From positions 1-40,253 of IMG/VR virus record IMGVR_UViG_2740892426_000004: a stretch of 40,253 bases of DNA; one strand, given 5' to 3'. Positions 16,971 to 26,954 of the stretch are shown here, piece after piece. The DNA comes from a virus. Taxonomy: Duplodnaviria > Heunggongvirae > Uroviricota > Caudoviricetes. The first letter of the stretch is position 1. Each line of letters starts with the position of its first letter. A program made the position numbers and the translations under genes. The notes below the pieces were generated by a model, which saw nothing but the letters and a program-made list of their open reading frames with translations, searched no databases and was not told the origin of the DNA.

Positions 16971-17045
16971 GGGTCAGTCGTATAAAGGTCATTACGGAAG
17001 GCTGTTAACCTTCTTATCGTGGTTCGAGTCCACGCTGTCCCGCCA
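16971..17045 (+). tRNA. tRNA-Asn(GUU)-like, with two stem mismatches
   Basis: 75-nt cloverleaf by manual folding: anticodon arm GAAGG-CTGTTAA-CCTTC, T-arm CGTGG-TTCGAGT-CCACG, 3' end CTGTCCC-G-CCA; one mismatch each in acceptor and D stems. Confidence 0.45.
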
Positions 17046-17050
17046 AACAT

Positions 17051-17126
17051 GCTGGTTTAGCTCCAATGGTAGAGCAGTCGCCTTGTAAGCGAATGGGTGG
17101 CGGTTCAAGTCCGTTAATCAGCACCA
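17051..17126 (+). tRNA. tRNA-Thr(UGU)
   Basis: 76-nt cloverleaf: acceptor GCTGGTT/AATCAGC, D-arm GCTC-CAATGGTA-GAGC, anticodon loop CTTGTAA, T-loop TTCAAGT, A73-CCA. Confidence 0.65.
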
Positions 17127-17368
17127 TAACTGAGCCGTAGCCACTGGTTATCCTGAATTCATCAGTGATAGTTACGCTGCGGCCTTCTACACATGACCTT
17201 CGTGAAAGCGGGTGGCAAGAGGCTGCGCTAACAACCTCATGCCGTTTTGCCCGTGCATATCGGTCACGAACAAATCTGATTACTAAACACAGTAGCCTGG
17301 ATTTGTTCTATCAGTAATCGACCTTATTCCTAATTAAATAGAGCAAATCCCCTTATTGGGGGTAAGAC

Positions 17369-17692
17369 ATGAAGATGCCAGAAAAACATGACCTGTTAGC
17401 CGCCATTCTCGCGGCAAAGGAACAAGGCATCGGGGCAATCCTTGCGTTTGCAATGGCGTACCTTCGCGGCAGATATAATGGCGGTGCGTTTACAAAAACA
17501 GTAATCGACGCAACGATGTGCGCCATTATCGCCTGGTTCATTCGTGACCTTCTCGACTTCGCCGGACTAAGTAGCAATCTCGCTTATATAACGAGCGTGT
17601 TCATCGGCTACATCGGCACTGACTCGATTGGTTCGCTTATCAAACGCTTCGCTGCTAAAAAAGCCGGAGTAGAAGATGGTGGAAATCAATAA
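17369..17692 (+). CDS. S: holin S (class I, dual-start MKM)
   Basis: 107-aa [42 protein letters not shown]... recalled near-identity to lambda S. Confidence 0.9.
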   Translation: MKMPEKHDLLAAILAAKEQGIGAILAFAMAYLRGRYNGGAFTKTVIDATMCAIIAWFIRDLLDFAGLSSNLAYITSVFIGYIGTDSIGSLIKRFAAKKAGVEDGGNQ

Positions 17693-18152
17693 TCAACGTA
17701 AGGCGTTCCTCGATATGCTGGCGTGGTCAGAGGGAACTGATAACGGACGTCAGAAAACCAGAAATCATGGTTATGACGTCATTGTAGGCGGAGAGCTATT
17801 CACTGATTACTCCGATCACCCTCGCAAACTTGTCACGCTAAACCCCAAACTCAAATCAACAGCAGCCGGACGTTACCAGCTTCTTTCCCGTTGGTGGGAT
17901 GCTTACCGTAAGCAGCTTGGCCTGAAAGACTTCTCTCCGAAAAGCCAGGACGCTGTGGCATTGCAGCAGATTAAGGAGCGTGGCGCTTTACCGATGATTG
18001 ATCGCGGTGATATCCGTCAGGCAATCGACCGTTGCAGCAATATCTGGGCTTCACTGCCGGGCGCTGGTTATGGTCAGTTCGAGCATAAGGCTGACAGCCT
18101 GATTGCAAAATTCAAAGAAGCGGGCGGAACGGTCAGAGAGATTGAGGTATGA
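17676..18152 (+). CDS. R: endolysin R (lytic transglycosylase)
   Basis: 158-aa [42 protein letters not shown]... recalled near-identity to lambda R. Confidence 0.9.
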   Translation: MVEINNQRKAFLDMLAWSEGTDNGRQKTRNHGYDVIVGGELFTDYSDHPRKLVTLNPKLKSTAAGRYQLLSRWWDAYRKQLGLKDFSPKSQDAVALQQIKERGALPMIDRGDIRQAIDRCSNIWASLPGAGYGQFEHKADSLIAKFKEAGGTVREIEV

Positions 18153-18586
18153 GCAGAGTCACCGCGATTATCTCCGCTCTGGTTATCTGCATCATCGTCT
18201 GCCTGTCATGGGCTGTTAATCATTACCGTGATAACGCCATCGCCTACAAAGACCAGCGCGATAAAGCCACATCCATCATCGCTGATATGCAGAAGCGTCA
18301 ACGTGATGTAGCAGAACTCGATGCCAGATATACAAAGGAGCTTGCTGATGCTAACGCGACTATCGAAAGTCTCCGTGATGATGTTTCTGCTGGGCGTAAG
18401 CGGCTGCAAGTCGCCGCCTCCTGTGCAAAGTCAAAGACCGGAGCCAGCGGCATGGGCGATGGAGAAAGCCCAAGACTTACAGCAGATGCTGAACTCAATT
18501 ATTACCGTCTCCGAAGTGGAATCGACAAGATAACCGCGCAGGTTAACTACCTGCAGGAATACATCAGGACGCAATGCCTGAAATAA
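18149..18586 (+). CDS. Rz: i-spanin Rz
   Basis: 145-aa [33 protein letters not shown]... N-terminal TM then coiled coil; lambda Rz-like. Confidence 0.85.
   Translation: MSRVTAIISALVICIIVCLSWAVNHYRDNAIAYKDQRDKATSIIADMQKRQRDVAELDARYTKELADANATIESLRDDVSAGRKRLQVAASCAKSKTGASGMGDGESPRLTADAELNYYRLRSGIDKITAQVNYLQEYIRTQCLK
18378..18533 (+). CDS. Rz1: o-spanin Rz1 (lipoprotein embedded in +1 frame of Rz)
   Basis: [26 protein letters not shown]... lipobox VSGC and proline-rich region, nested within Rz. Confidence 0.65.
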   Translation: MMFLLGVSGCKSPPPVQSQRPEPAAWAMEKAQDLQQMLNSIITVSEVESTR

Positions 18587-18618
18587 TTTTTTTGCAAATC
18601 ACAAAGTCAATTTAATGA

Positions 18619-18641
18619 GCCTCGCGATGCGGGGCTTTTTG
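18619..18641 (+). terminator. rho-independent terminator after lysis cassette (first of two)
   Basis: GCCTCGC-GAT-GCGGGGC hairpin followed by TTTTT. Confidence 0.55.
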
Positions 18642-18647
18642 CAATAA

Positions 18648-18672
18648 ATGCGTACCGCAACGCATGTTTTTT
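18648..18672 (+). terminator. rho-independent terminator after lysis cassette (second)
   Basis: ATGCGT-ACCGCA-ACGCAT hairpin followed by GTTTTTT. Confidence 0.6.
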
Positions 18673-18787
18673 ACACCGAACCTGCCCCTTTGGAATGGGC
18701 CTTTGAGGATACCAGTTAGTGCTGGCGAGCCTCGGTGGGCTGGTTTCCTATGCGGCAAAGGTTCATTTCAAATGGTAGGTAAACGTT

Positions 18788-19309
18788 ATGAATATCGTGC
18801 CACTTAATTACAAAGGTGAAATTGTCAGTTTCAACACTGATGGTTGGATCAACGTCACAGGTGTTGCTGAGAGATTTGGGAAACGCATTGATAACTGGAT
18901 GCGTTTGGCAGAAACGCTTGAATACGTTCGTGCTTTAGACGAAGCGTTGACCGGGAAAGAATCTCAAATTTTACATCCCTCACAATCGAGGTATGTAAAA
19001 ACCAGCAAGGCACGAAAGGACAGGGGTGGTGGTACGTGGCTACATCCAAAACTTTCAGTTGCATTTGCCCGTTGGTGTGATGCTCGTTTTGCTGTGTGGT
19101 GCGACCTGCACATTGATAGTCTGCTTCGCGGTGAACTGACTGAGCAGCAGAAATATGAGCAAGCATGTCGCATTCGCGATGACCGGAAATCAAAAGCCAG
19201 CAATGGGGCAAGAGAGATGGCTCGCTGGCGATGGGATAAGCCGGTTATTGAAGCAAATGTTGAGTACTGGCGCGAGCAACTGCAGTTGACTCTCGATATC
19301 GCGTGCTGA
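18788..19309 (+). CDS. KilA-N domain protein (173 aa)
   Basis: N-terminal region with KilA-N-like features (GTWLHPKLSVAFARWCDARFAVWCD); AGGTAA RBS. Confidence 0.55.
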   Translation: MNIVPLNYKGEIVSFNTDGWINVTGVAERFGKRIDNWMRLAETLEYVRALDEALTGKESQILHPSQSRYVKTSKARKDRGGGTWLHPKLSVAFARWCDARFAVWCDLHIDSLLRGELTEQQKYEQACRIRDDRKSKASNGAREMARWRWDKPVIEANVEYWREQLQLTLDIAC

Positions 19310-19597
19310 TGGCAAACGCAAAACTGCGTTATCGGAAAAATCAAAGCATTACGAGAACTGAGCAACGGCTATCCATTACAAAGCCCATCTACGGGTGGGC
19401 TTGATAATGAAACCGGAATTTATTCTTGGCAACCAGTTACGGCAGTACCACGAAGCAACCCAAGCCAGTAAGTGGGGAAATAACACCGGCAGCCACTGAA
19501 AGATGAACCTCCTGCCTTATGGCAAAAAAGATTCTTTGTGGTGGCGGACTGATGGAAAGACATCCTAATCAAGCAACCACTCTACAGGGTCATAATT

Positions 19598-19996
19598 ATG
19601 AGCGACCAGCAAATCGAAAAAGAAATCGTTGAGAAAGGCAAAACAGCCCCGCGAATCACTCCTCAGCACATCGAAGACGTGATTAAAAGCGAGCATTACT
19701 TTACTGCTTATGATGGACGTAATGGTGCCATTTCCAGCAACGAATATTGTGGCAGGGAAAAACCAGAAGAAGGCGATCGTGATTTATCACCATTGAAGTT
19801 GCTCACTTTCTGCGTACTGGTGCTGAAGAATGGCTTCACCGTCACCGGAGAGAGTGCCTGTGCAAGCCCGGAAAACTTTGATGCAGAAATTGGTCGGAAG
19901 ATTGCCCGGCAGAATGCTGTAAACAAAATCTGGATGCTCGAAGGTTACTTGCTGAAGCAGTCACTGATTGAAAGCGCGAAAGAGTCATCAGCCTGA
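19598..19996 (+). CDS. conserved hypothetical phage protein upstream of terminase (132 aa)
   Basis: ORF with AGGG RBS; followed by a terminator hairpin. Confidence 0.55.
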   Translation: MSDQQIEKEIVEKGKTAPRITPQHIEDVIKSEHYFTAYDGRNGAISSNEYCGREKPEEGDRDLSPLKLLTFCVLVLKNGFTVTGESACASPENFDAEIGRKIARQNAVNKIWMLEGYLLKQSLIESAKESSA

Positions 19997-20021
19997 AATA
20001 ACAACTAAGTGAGATGAATAT

Positions 20022-20048
20022 GGCAGCACTCAACATGCTGCCTTTTAT
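20022..20048 (+). terminator. rho-independent terminator
   Basis: GGCAGCA-7 nt loop-TGCTGCC hairpin followed by TTTTAT. Confidence 0.55.
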
Positions 20049-20059
20049 CGTTGATTAGT

Positions 20060-20299
20060 TTAACCGCGAGCTTCACGACCGTTTTCGTCTTCAGGCACAC
20101 GGAAACGCCAGTACTTATCTGGCTTAACCCAAACAACACTTTCACCGCTATCAACCCTGAATTTATTAATCACTTTTGTTGATAGCGCTTGGTTGCCATC
20201 CGCATTTTCTTTGAGGTGCTGCTCGTTATGTTGTTTAACGAGATAATCCACAACATCCTGCTGATAAAGGCAACCCTCTGTTGATAAAACGGACATCAT
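20060..20299 (-). CDS. hypothetical protein (79 aa), antisense-oriented moron
   Basis: Minus-strand ORF inside the plus-strand late region. Confidence 0.5.
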   Translation of the reverse strand: MMSVLSTEGCLYQQDVVDYLVKQHNEQHLKENADGNQALSTKVINKFRVDSGESVVWVKPDKYWRFRVPEDENGREARG

Positions 20300-20343
20300 C
20301 CATGATGAAATATCATCAAGAGTTAAGGTTGGTGTGTTTGGGA

Positions 20344-20526
20344 CTATGGCTTTGGGGTAACGCGCTCAAGAGATTCCGGTTTGAAATATCCTTGCTCAAG
20401 CTTCTTGCCAGCAAACCATTGACAAAGAAAAGAGTTACCGTGGGTAGATGAAAATGACCTGATAGTCATGTCAGGTCCGCCTGATTTCAGTTTAACAATG
20501 TCACCTGTTTTAAAGTCATCGTTCAT
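20344..20526 (-). CDS. YodC/DUF2158-like small protein (60 aa)
   Basis: MNDDFKTGDIVKLKSGGPDMTI... resembles YodC-type motif; AAGGAG RBS 7 nt upstream; track ORF has upstream extension. Confidence 0.55.
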   Translation of the reverse strand: MNDDFKTGDIVKLKSGGPDMTIRSFSSTHGNSFLCQWFAGKKLEQGYFKPESLERVTPKP

Positions 20527-20552
20527 AACAATCTCCTTATGGGAAGTAAAAA

Positions 20553-21080
20553 ATGGCACTCACCGACAAACAAGAAATGTTCTGTCGCGAGTACCTCATC
20601 GATTTAAATGCCACGCAAGCGGCTATTCGGGCGGGGTACAGCGCAAAGACAGCTAACCGTACCGCATCCGAAAACCTGTCAAAACCTGATATCAAGTTAA
20701 GAATCTCCGAACTGAAAGCGCAACGCAATGATCTTGTTGGTATTAATGCAGAATATGTACTTAATCGCCTTCTTGAAATCGACCAGATGGATGTGCTCGA
20801 CATTCTCCTGCAAAACGGTGAGTTAAAGCCCATTAAAGACTGGCCTAAGGTATGGCGCACAACGCTATCAGGAATGGATGTTATGGAGATGGTATCCGCA
20901 GATAGTGCCGCACTTCTGAAGAAAATCAAATGGCCTGATAAGGTTAAAAACCTCGAACTTCTTGGTAAGCATGTTTCTGTTCAGGCATTTAAAGAACAAT
21001 CTTCTCACGAGCTAACCGGCAAAGACGGCGGCGCAATCCAGATTGAAACATCACCGATGAGCACTCTATTCGGAAAATGA
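20553..21080 (+). CDS. terminase small subunit
   Basis: 175-aa ORF MALTDKQEMFCREYLIDLNATQAAIRAGYSAKTANRTASENL... typical small-terminase HTH N-terminus; immediately upstream of large terminase. Confidence 0.8.
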   Translation: MALTDKQEMFCREYLIDLNATQAAIRAGYSAKTANRTASENLSKPDIKLRISELKAQRNDLVGINAEYVLNRLLEIDQMDVLDILLQNGELKPIKDWPKVWRTTLSGMDVMEMVSADSAALLKKIKWPDKVKNLELLGKHVSVQAFKEQSSHELTGKDGGAIQIETSPMSTLFGK

Positions 21081-22492
21081 CCTCGATTAATCCTATCTTT
21101 GAACCGTTCATTGAGGCGCATCGCTACAAAGTCGCCAAAGGCGGTCGAGGTAGCGGTAAGTCATGGGCAATTGCGAGGCTGCTTGTTGAGGCGGCGCGTC
21201 GGCAGCCTGTGCGTATTCTCTGCGCTCGTGAACTGCAAAACAGTATCAGCGATTCGGTAATCCGGTTGCTTGAAGACACCATAGAGCGGGAAGGGTATTC
21301 GGCTGAGTTTGAAATTCAGCGTTCAATGATTCGTCATCTCGGAACGAATGCTGAATTCATGTTCTACGGCATAAAAAACAACCCGACGAAGATTAAATCG
21401 CTCGAAGGTATTGATATCTGCTGGGTGGAGGAAGCGGAAGCGGTAACGAAGGAATCATGGGATATCCTGATACCAACCATCCGCAAGCCGTTTTCCGAAA
21501 TATGGGTGAGTTTCAACCCTAAGAACATCCTCGACGATACCTATCAGCGATTCGTCGTAAATCCTCCCGATGATATTTGCCTGCTGACGGTGAACTACAC
21601 CGACAATCCGCACTTTCCTGAAGTTCTCCGTCTGGAGATGGAAGAGTGTAAACGCAGAAATCCGACACTGTATCGTCACATCTGGCTTGGTGAGCCGGTA
21701 AGCGCAAGTGATATGGCAATCATCAAACGTGAATGGCTTGAAGCCGCAACCGATGCGCACAAGAAACTCGGATGGAAAGCGAAAGGCGCGGTTGTTTCTG
21801 CTCATGACCCATCAGATACAGGGCCGGATGCTAAAGGTTATGCATCGCGTCACGGTTCGGTAGTTAAGCGCATTGCCGAAGGTCTGCTGATGGACATCAA
21901 CGAGGGGGCTGACTGGGCTACTTCGCTGGCGATTGAAGACGGTGCTGACCACTACTTGTGGGATGGTGATGGTGTCGGTGCAGGGCTACGCAGACAGACA
22001 ACGGAAGCGTTCTCCGGTAAGAAAATCACCGCCACGATGTTCAAGGGCAGCGAATCGCCATTTGATGAAGATGCACCATATCAGGCTGGAGCATGGGCTG
22101 ATGAAGTCGTACAGGGTGACAACGTTCGCACTATTGGTGATGTGTTCCGCAATAAGCGAGCGCAATTCTATTACGCGCTGGCTGACAGGCTGTATCTGAC
22201 ATATCGGGCGGTTGTTCACGGTGAGTATGTGGACCCCGACGACATGCTGAGTTTCGACAAAGAAGCGATAGGCGAGAAGATGCTGGAGAAGCTGTTTGCA
22301 GAACTGACGCAGATTCAGCGCAAATTCAATAACAACGGGAAGCTGGAGCTAATGACTAAGGTCGAAATGAAGCAGAAGCTCGGTATTCCATCTCCTAACC
22401 TGGCTGATGCGCTGATGATGTGTATGCATTGCCCAGAGTCGGCTGCGCAACCCGACTATTCCAGTTACTCAATTCCTTGTGGTGTAGGTTGA
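21077..22492 (+). CDS. terminase large subunit
   Basis: 471-aa ORF with Walker A GGRGSGKS and nuclease-domain acidic residues. Confidence 0.85.
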   Translation: MTSINPIFEPFIEAHRYKVAKGGRGSGKSWAIARLLVEAARRQPVRILCARELQNSISDSVIRLLEDTIEREGYSAEFEIQRSMIRHLGTNAEFMFYGIKNNPTKIKSLEGIDICWVEEAEAVTKESWDILIPTIRKPFSEIWVSFNPKNILDDTYQRFVVNPPDDICLLTVNYTDNPHFPEVLRLEMEECKRRNPTLYRHIWLGEPVSASDMAIIKREWLEAATDAHKKLGWKAKGAVVSAHDPSDTGPDAKGYASRHGSVVKRIAEGLLMDINEGADWATSLAIEDGADHYLWDGDGVGAGLRRQTTEAFSGKKITATMFKGSESPFDEDAPYQAGAWADEVVQGDNVRTIGDVFRNKRAQFYYALADRLYLTYRAVVHGEYVDPDDMLSFDKEAIGEKMLEKLFAELTQIQRKFNNNGKLELMTKVEMKQKLGIPSPNLADALMMCMHCPESAAQPDYSSYSIPCGVG

Positions 22493-22493
22493 T

Positions 22494-24692
22494 ATGGCAG
22501 AAAAAAAGATGACTGACTGGCATCGCAAGGTGCTGTGCAACTTTGATAATGCCTGGTCAGCAACGCAGGATATGCGTGAGCAGATTATTGAGGCTCAACG
22601 TTTCGTCCGGGTGTCCGGCGCACAGTGGGAAGGCAGCACAAACGCTGGTTACTCATTTGATGAAGGCAGGTTTGAGCATTACCCGCGCTTTGAATTGAAT
22701 AAGATTGCCCGTGAATGTGATCGCATCATTGGCGAGTATCGACAGAATCGCATCAGCGTTAAATTCAGGCCGAAGGACGATAAGGCATCGGAAGCGTTAG
22801 CCGAAAAAATGAACGGCAAATTCCGCGCTGACTATCAGGAAACATCCGGTGGCGAAGCGTGTGATAACGCATTTGATGATGCCGTAACGGGTGGATTCGG
22901 TTGTTTCCGCATGTGTGCCGATTACGAAGATGAAATGGATCCGAGTAACGAGCAGCGACGCATCAGTCTTCTTCCTGTTTACGACCCAGCGACATGCGTC
23001 TTCTTCGATCAGGACAGCAAGCAATATGACCGCTCTGATGCTATGTGGGCTATGGAAATGTTCTCCATGACGCCTAAAGCGTTCGAGGCTGAATACCCTG
23101 ATTCCATCGCGGCAAGCCTTTCTCGTGATGACACTGGCACTCAATATGACTGGTCAACGCCCGATGCCATCTATGTTGGACGCTACTACGAAGTTCGCAT
23201 AGAGAAGGTGAAGCTCACGGCGTGGCGCAACCCTGTTAGCGGAGAAACGGCAATCTATGATGAAGAGCAAATCAAAGATATTGTCGACGAGCTGACCGAT
23301 GGTGCATTCGAACTGATTGGCGAGCGAACGGTGAAGAAGCGCCGCGTTTATTGCGGTCTTCTGTCTGGCGCTGAATGGCTGGAAGAACCGAAGCGTATTC
23401 CGGGTGAACATATTCCTCTCATCCCGGTATATGGGCGTCGATCATTTGTTGATAATCAGGAGCGAATCGAAGGTCACGCAGCAAAAGCGATGGATGCACA
23501 GCGTCTTGAGAACCTGATGGTTTCCATGATTGCAGATAACGCTACTCAGGCGGGCGGTGATGGCATTCCTATCGTGGATGTTGATTTCATTCCCGGTCCA
23601 TTAATGAATCACTGGGCAGAGAGGAATAAGAAAAGACCAGCAGTTCTTCCTATGACCAGCAAGAAGGACAAAAACGGAACGGTCATTTCAGAAGCTCAGG
23701 TTGCTGGCTGGACACCTCCGACACAAATGCCTCCAGCTCTTGCCGGGCTGTTGCAGTACACCGGAACGGCTATTCAGCAAATTACCGGGGCTTCGCAGCT
23801 TGATAACATGCCGAGCAACGTCGCTACCGATACCGTTGATAGTATCTTTAACCGGATGGATACGCAGTCCTATATCTACATGGACAACATGGCTAAATCC
23901 ATGCGCCGCGCTGGCGTTGTGTGGCTTTCTATGGCGCGTGAGGTCTATGGCAGTGATACGCCGATGCGTATCGTTAATGAGGACGGCAGCGATGACGTGG
24001 CGCTGATGACTGGTGAAGTGGTTGACCGTCAGACAGGGCAGGTTATCGCGCTTAACGACCTTTCGCAGGGTAACTATGAAGTGACTGTCGATGTCGGTCA
24101 GTCGTTTGCTACTCGCCGTGATGCAACGGTTAAGTCGTTACTTTCCATGCTGGCACTTATCCCACCAGGAACGCCGAAGCACGACCTTGTATCGTCGATG
24201 ATTCTCGACAATATGGACGGCGAAGGGATGGACGACCTTAAAGAATACAACCGCAATCAGTTGCTTCTGTCTGGAGTTATAAAGCCGAGAACGCCAGAAG
24301 AGCAGCAAATGGTTGAACAGGCGAAACAACAACAGGCCAGTCAGCCAGATCCGGCTATGGTTGCAGCGCAAGGTCAGCTTCTTGCTGGTCAGGCTGAATT
24401 GCAGAAAGCGCAGAACGAACAGGCAGCCATTCAGGTTAAAGCATTCCAGGCACAGACTGATGCTCAGGTTGCAGCGGCAAACGTTGTGAAAATCCTCGCA
24501 TCTGCCGATAGCCAGCAGAAATCTGATATCCGCGAGGCTCTGAAACTGCTCGGACAGTTCCAGCAACAGCAAGGAGATAATGCCCGTGCTGATGCAGAGC
24601 TTGTCCTGAAAAGTCAGGCACAGGGCCATGCGCAGCGCATGGACATCAGCAGCATCCTGCAAAAATCAACTCAGCAACAACCACAGCAGTAA
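22494..24692 (+). CDS. portal protein (P22 gp1-like)
   Basis: 732-aa ORF following terminase; size and Gln-rich C-terminal tail typical of P22-family portal. Confidence 0.85.
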   Translation: MAEKKMTDWHRKVLCNFDNAWSATQDMREQIIEAQRFVRVSGAQWEGSTNAGYSFDEGRFEHYPRFELNKIARECDRIIGEYRQNRISVKFRPKDDKASEALAEKMNGKFRADYQETSGGEACDNAFDDAVTGGFGCFRMCADYEDEMDPSNEQRRISLLPVYDPATCVFFDQDSKQYDRSDAMWAMEMFSMTPKAFEAEYPDSIAASLSRDDTGTQYDWSTPDAIYVGRYYEVRIEKVKLTAWRNPVSGETAIYDEEQIKDIVDELTDGAFELIGERTVKKRRVYCGLLSGAEWLEEPKRIPGEHIPLIPVYGRRSFVDNQERIEGHAAKAMDAQRLENLMVSMIADNATQAGGDGIPIVDVDFIPGPLMNHWAERNKKRPAVLPMTSKKDKNGTVISEAQVAGWTPPTQMPPALAGLLQYTGTAIQQITGASQLDNMPSNVATDTVDSIFNRMDTQSYIYMDNMAKSMRRAGVVWLSMAREVYGSDTPMRIVNEDGSDDVALMTGEVVDRQTGQVIALNDLSQGNYEVTVDVGQSFATRRDATVKSLLSMLALIPPGTPKHDLVSSMILDNMDGEGMDDLKEYNRNQLLLSGVIKPRTPEEQQMVEQAKQQQASQPDPAMVAAQGQLLAGQAELQKAQNEQAAIQVKAFQAQTDAQVAAANVVKILASADSQQKSDIREALKLLGQFQQQQGDNARADAELVLKSQAQGHAQRMDISSILQKSTQQQPQQ

Positions 24693-24782
24693 TTAACCCA
24701 TAACGTGCAATGGCTGTCTTTATGAGGCCTGGCATCCTATTGCCTTCCGATGGGCTGAACATCGAGTAAACAGGGGTAACAA

Positions 24783-25676
24783 ATGGACCAGATGGCAGAA
24801 AACACACCAGAAGTTGAAATCGAAACCGACGCGTCAGAGCAGATTCCTGATGATGTCGAACTGGCTGAAGAAGTCGAAACAGAAGATGGCAGTGAGTCCT
24901 CCGGCAATGATGCAGAGGAAGCTACTGAAACTGATGACGACGAATCAGAACGGGAATTCTACTTTGGTGACGAAAAGCTGGATTCGCCAACCAGCGAAGA
25001 TGGCGCAGAGCATGGACTGGTAAAACACCTGCGCAAGACGATTAAAGAGAAAGACCGTGAGCTGAAAGAGCTGATGCGTCAGTCTCAGAAACCCGTCGAG
25101 CAGCAGCCGGTAATCACTCAACCACCGCGAATGCCAAAACTGGATGATGAGGACATCGGTTTCGATGAAGAAATCTACCAGCAACGCATGGCTAAGTGGG
25201 CGGAGGACAACGGCAAGTACCAGGAGCAAGTACGAGAGCGGAAACGAGAGGAAGAGGCGCGTACCGCAACGCTTCAGCAGAAAGCAGCCAATTACATGCA
25301 TAGAGTAAAAGCACTGAAAGTGGCTGGTTACCAGGATGCAGAGCAGGCTGTACGCGAAGATGTTCCTGTTCACATTCAGGACATGATCCTTCTTGAGTCA
25401 GAGAAGCCGGAAATCGTTGTTCTGGCACTCGGTCGCAACGCTGAACTGCGCAAGCAACTGGCAGAAGCTACCAACCCCGTAGCAATTGGTCGTCTGCTGG
25501 AACGTATCGAATCGAAGGCCAGAATCATGCCAAAAGCAAAAACCACGGCAGCCACAACCCCGACAGTTAAGGGGAGCAACGGCGCAGTAATCAACAACCT
25601 CGACAAACTGAAAGCCAAGGCGCTGGAAAGTGGTGACTGGACGCCGTATTTCGCCGCTAAAAAGGCAAAAAAATAA
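24783..25676 (+). CDS. scaffolding protein (P22 gp8-like)
   Basis: 297-aa highly charged helical protein between portal and coat. Confidence 0.8.
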   Translation: MDQMAENTPEVEIETDASEQIPDDVELAEEVETEDGSESSGNDAEEATETDDDESEREFYFGDEKLDSPTSEDGAEHGLVKHLRKTIKEKDRELKELMRQSQKPVEQQPVITQPPRMPKLDDEDIGFDEEIYQQRMAKWAEDNGKYQEQVRERKREEEARTATLQQKAANYMHRVKALKVAGYQDAEQAVREDVPVHIQDMILLESEKPEIVVLALGRNAELRKQLAEATNPVAIGRLLERIESKARIMPKAKTTAATTPTVKGSNGAVINNLDKLKAKALESGDWTPYFAAKKAKK

Positions 25677-25694
25677 CCTATCGGAGCATTAAGC

Positions 25695-26948
25695 ATGGCT
25701 AACCAATTAGCAAAAGACCTTGAAATCATGTTCGAAAACTACGTTGAAGGCTTTGAGGCCGCCTGCGTAGTTTCCCGTAACGCTAAAAAATTCCGTCCCG
25801 GTGATACAGCAATGCAGCGAGCAGGTGATGTTCTGTATCGTCCGCAGCATTACCACATGAACATTGAGGAAGGCCTCGATCTCAGCAGCAAAACGCCAAC
25901 AGCACTGGTTCAGCGCCTTGTTCCTTCAGTGTTCAAGGAGCCGAAAAACATTCTGTACACTCTGGATGCGCGTGAAATGCGTGACCCGGAACATAAAACT
26001 GAAGCTGGTCGCGCCGCAGGTATGCGCCTTGCTGCACAGATTGACTCTGACCTGATTTCCATGGTTACGCAGCGTGCTACTAACGTGATCACGATGGCTG
26101 ACTCAACCACAGGTTCACAGGGCCGTGATTTGTGGAACTGTGCGGCAGGTATTGATGCCACCATGACGGCGATTGGTGTACCTCAGGGTATCAACCGTCG
26201 CTCTTTCTGGAACCCCTTCAACTACAAAGACCTTGCTGGCGAGCTTGGTCACCGTGCCTATGCTCAGGGCGCAACCCTGACAGCATACGAAAAAGCGCAG
26301 ATCCCTCCGGTTGCGTCCTTCGATAGCTACAAGACCGATATTTCTGGTCGTGTTCCGAAGGGTACAGCAACTTCCCTGACACTGGCGGCTGAACCTGCGC
26401 ACAAGGTTGAAGCGAAAGATGCCAACGATATGCCAGTGGATAACCGACAGGGTACTATTACGGTATCTGCATCTGGTTTGCAGGTTGGCGATGCGTTCAC
26501 CATTGCTGGCGTGAATTCCGTACACCAGATCACCAAAGACACCACCGGGCAGCCGCAGGTATTCCGCGTTCTGGCAGTAAGCGGAACGACAGTAACTATC
26601 TCCCCGAAAATTCTGCCGCCTGACAACGCGGATGTCGCCAGCCGACCATATGCAAACGTTGATGCTAACGCGGCAAATGGTGCAGCAATTACCATTCTCA
26701 ACAAAAATGCCGCACCGGCTAACCTGTTCTGGGCTGATGGTTCTGTTGAGCTGATGTACGGCAAACTGGCGTTCCCGACTGGTCAGGGTCCACAGGTAAT
26801 GACAGCAACCACCGAGCAGGGCGCTACGCTGATCATGTCTTACGCCTTCGACCACATCAAAGGCGTAACCACTGCGCGTTTCACCACTCTGTACGGTTGC
26901 TCTGTACTGGTTCCTGAATATACGGGCATCGTTATTGCCGGGCAGTAA
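25695..26948 (+). CDS. major capsid (coat) protein (P22 gp5-like)
   Basis: 417-aa ORF in coat position, GGAG RBS, followed by strong terminator hairpin. Confidence 0.85.
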   Translation: MANQLAKDLEIMFENYVEGFEAACVVSRNAKKFRPGDTAMQRAGDVLYRPQHYHMNIEEGLDLSSKTPTALVQRLVPSVFKEPKNILYTLDAREMRDPEHKTEAGRAAGMRLAAQIDSDLISMVTQRATNVITMADSTTGSQGRDLWNCAAGIDATMTAIGVPQGINRRSFWNPFNYKDLAGELGHRAYAQGATLTAYEKAQIPPVASFDSYKTDISGRVPKGTATSLTLAAEPAHKVEAKDANDMPVDNRQGTITVSASGLQVGDAFTIAGVNSVHQITKDTTGQPQVFRVLAVSGTTVTISPKILPPDNADVASRPYANVDANAANGAAITILNKNAAPANLFWADGSVELMYGKLAFPTGQGPQVMTATTEQGATLIMSYAFDHIKGVTTARFTTLYGCSVLVPEYTGIVIAGQ

Positions 26949-26954
26949 TTTTAG

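Noticed and set aside
17130-17340. Possible third tRNA or small RNA between tRNA-Thr and the holin gene
   Set aside because: No T-loop (GGTTCGA/GTTCAAAT) or acceptor-stem pairing found by eye; treated as holin 5' UTR, though a non-tRNA small RNA cannot be excluded.
24138-24662. 174-aa minus-strand ORF
   Set aside because: Antisense within the portal gene C-terminal region; Leu/Cys-rich, no RBS; the portal frame is the coherent one.
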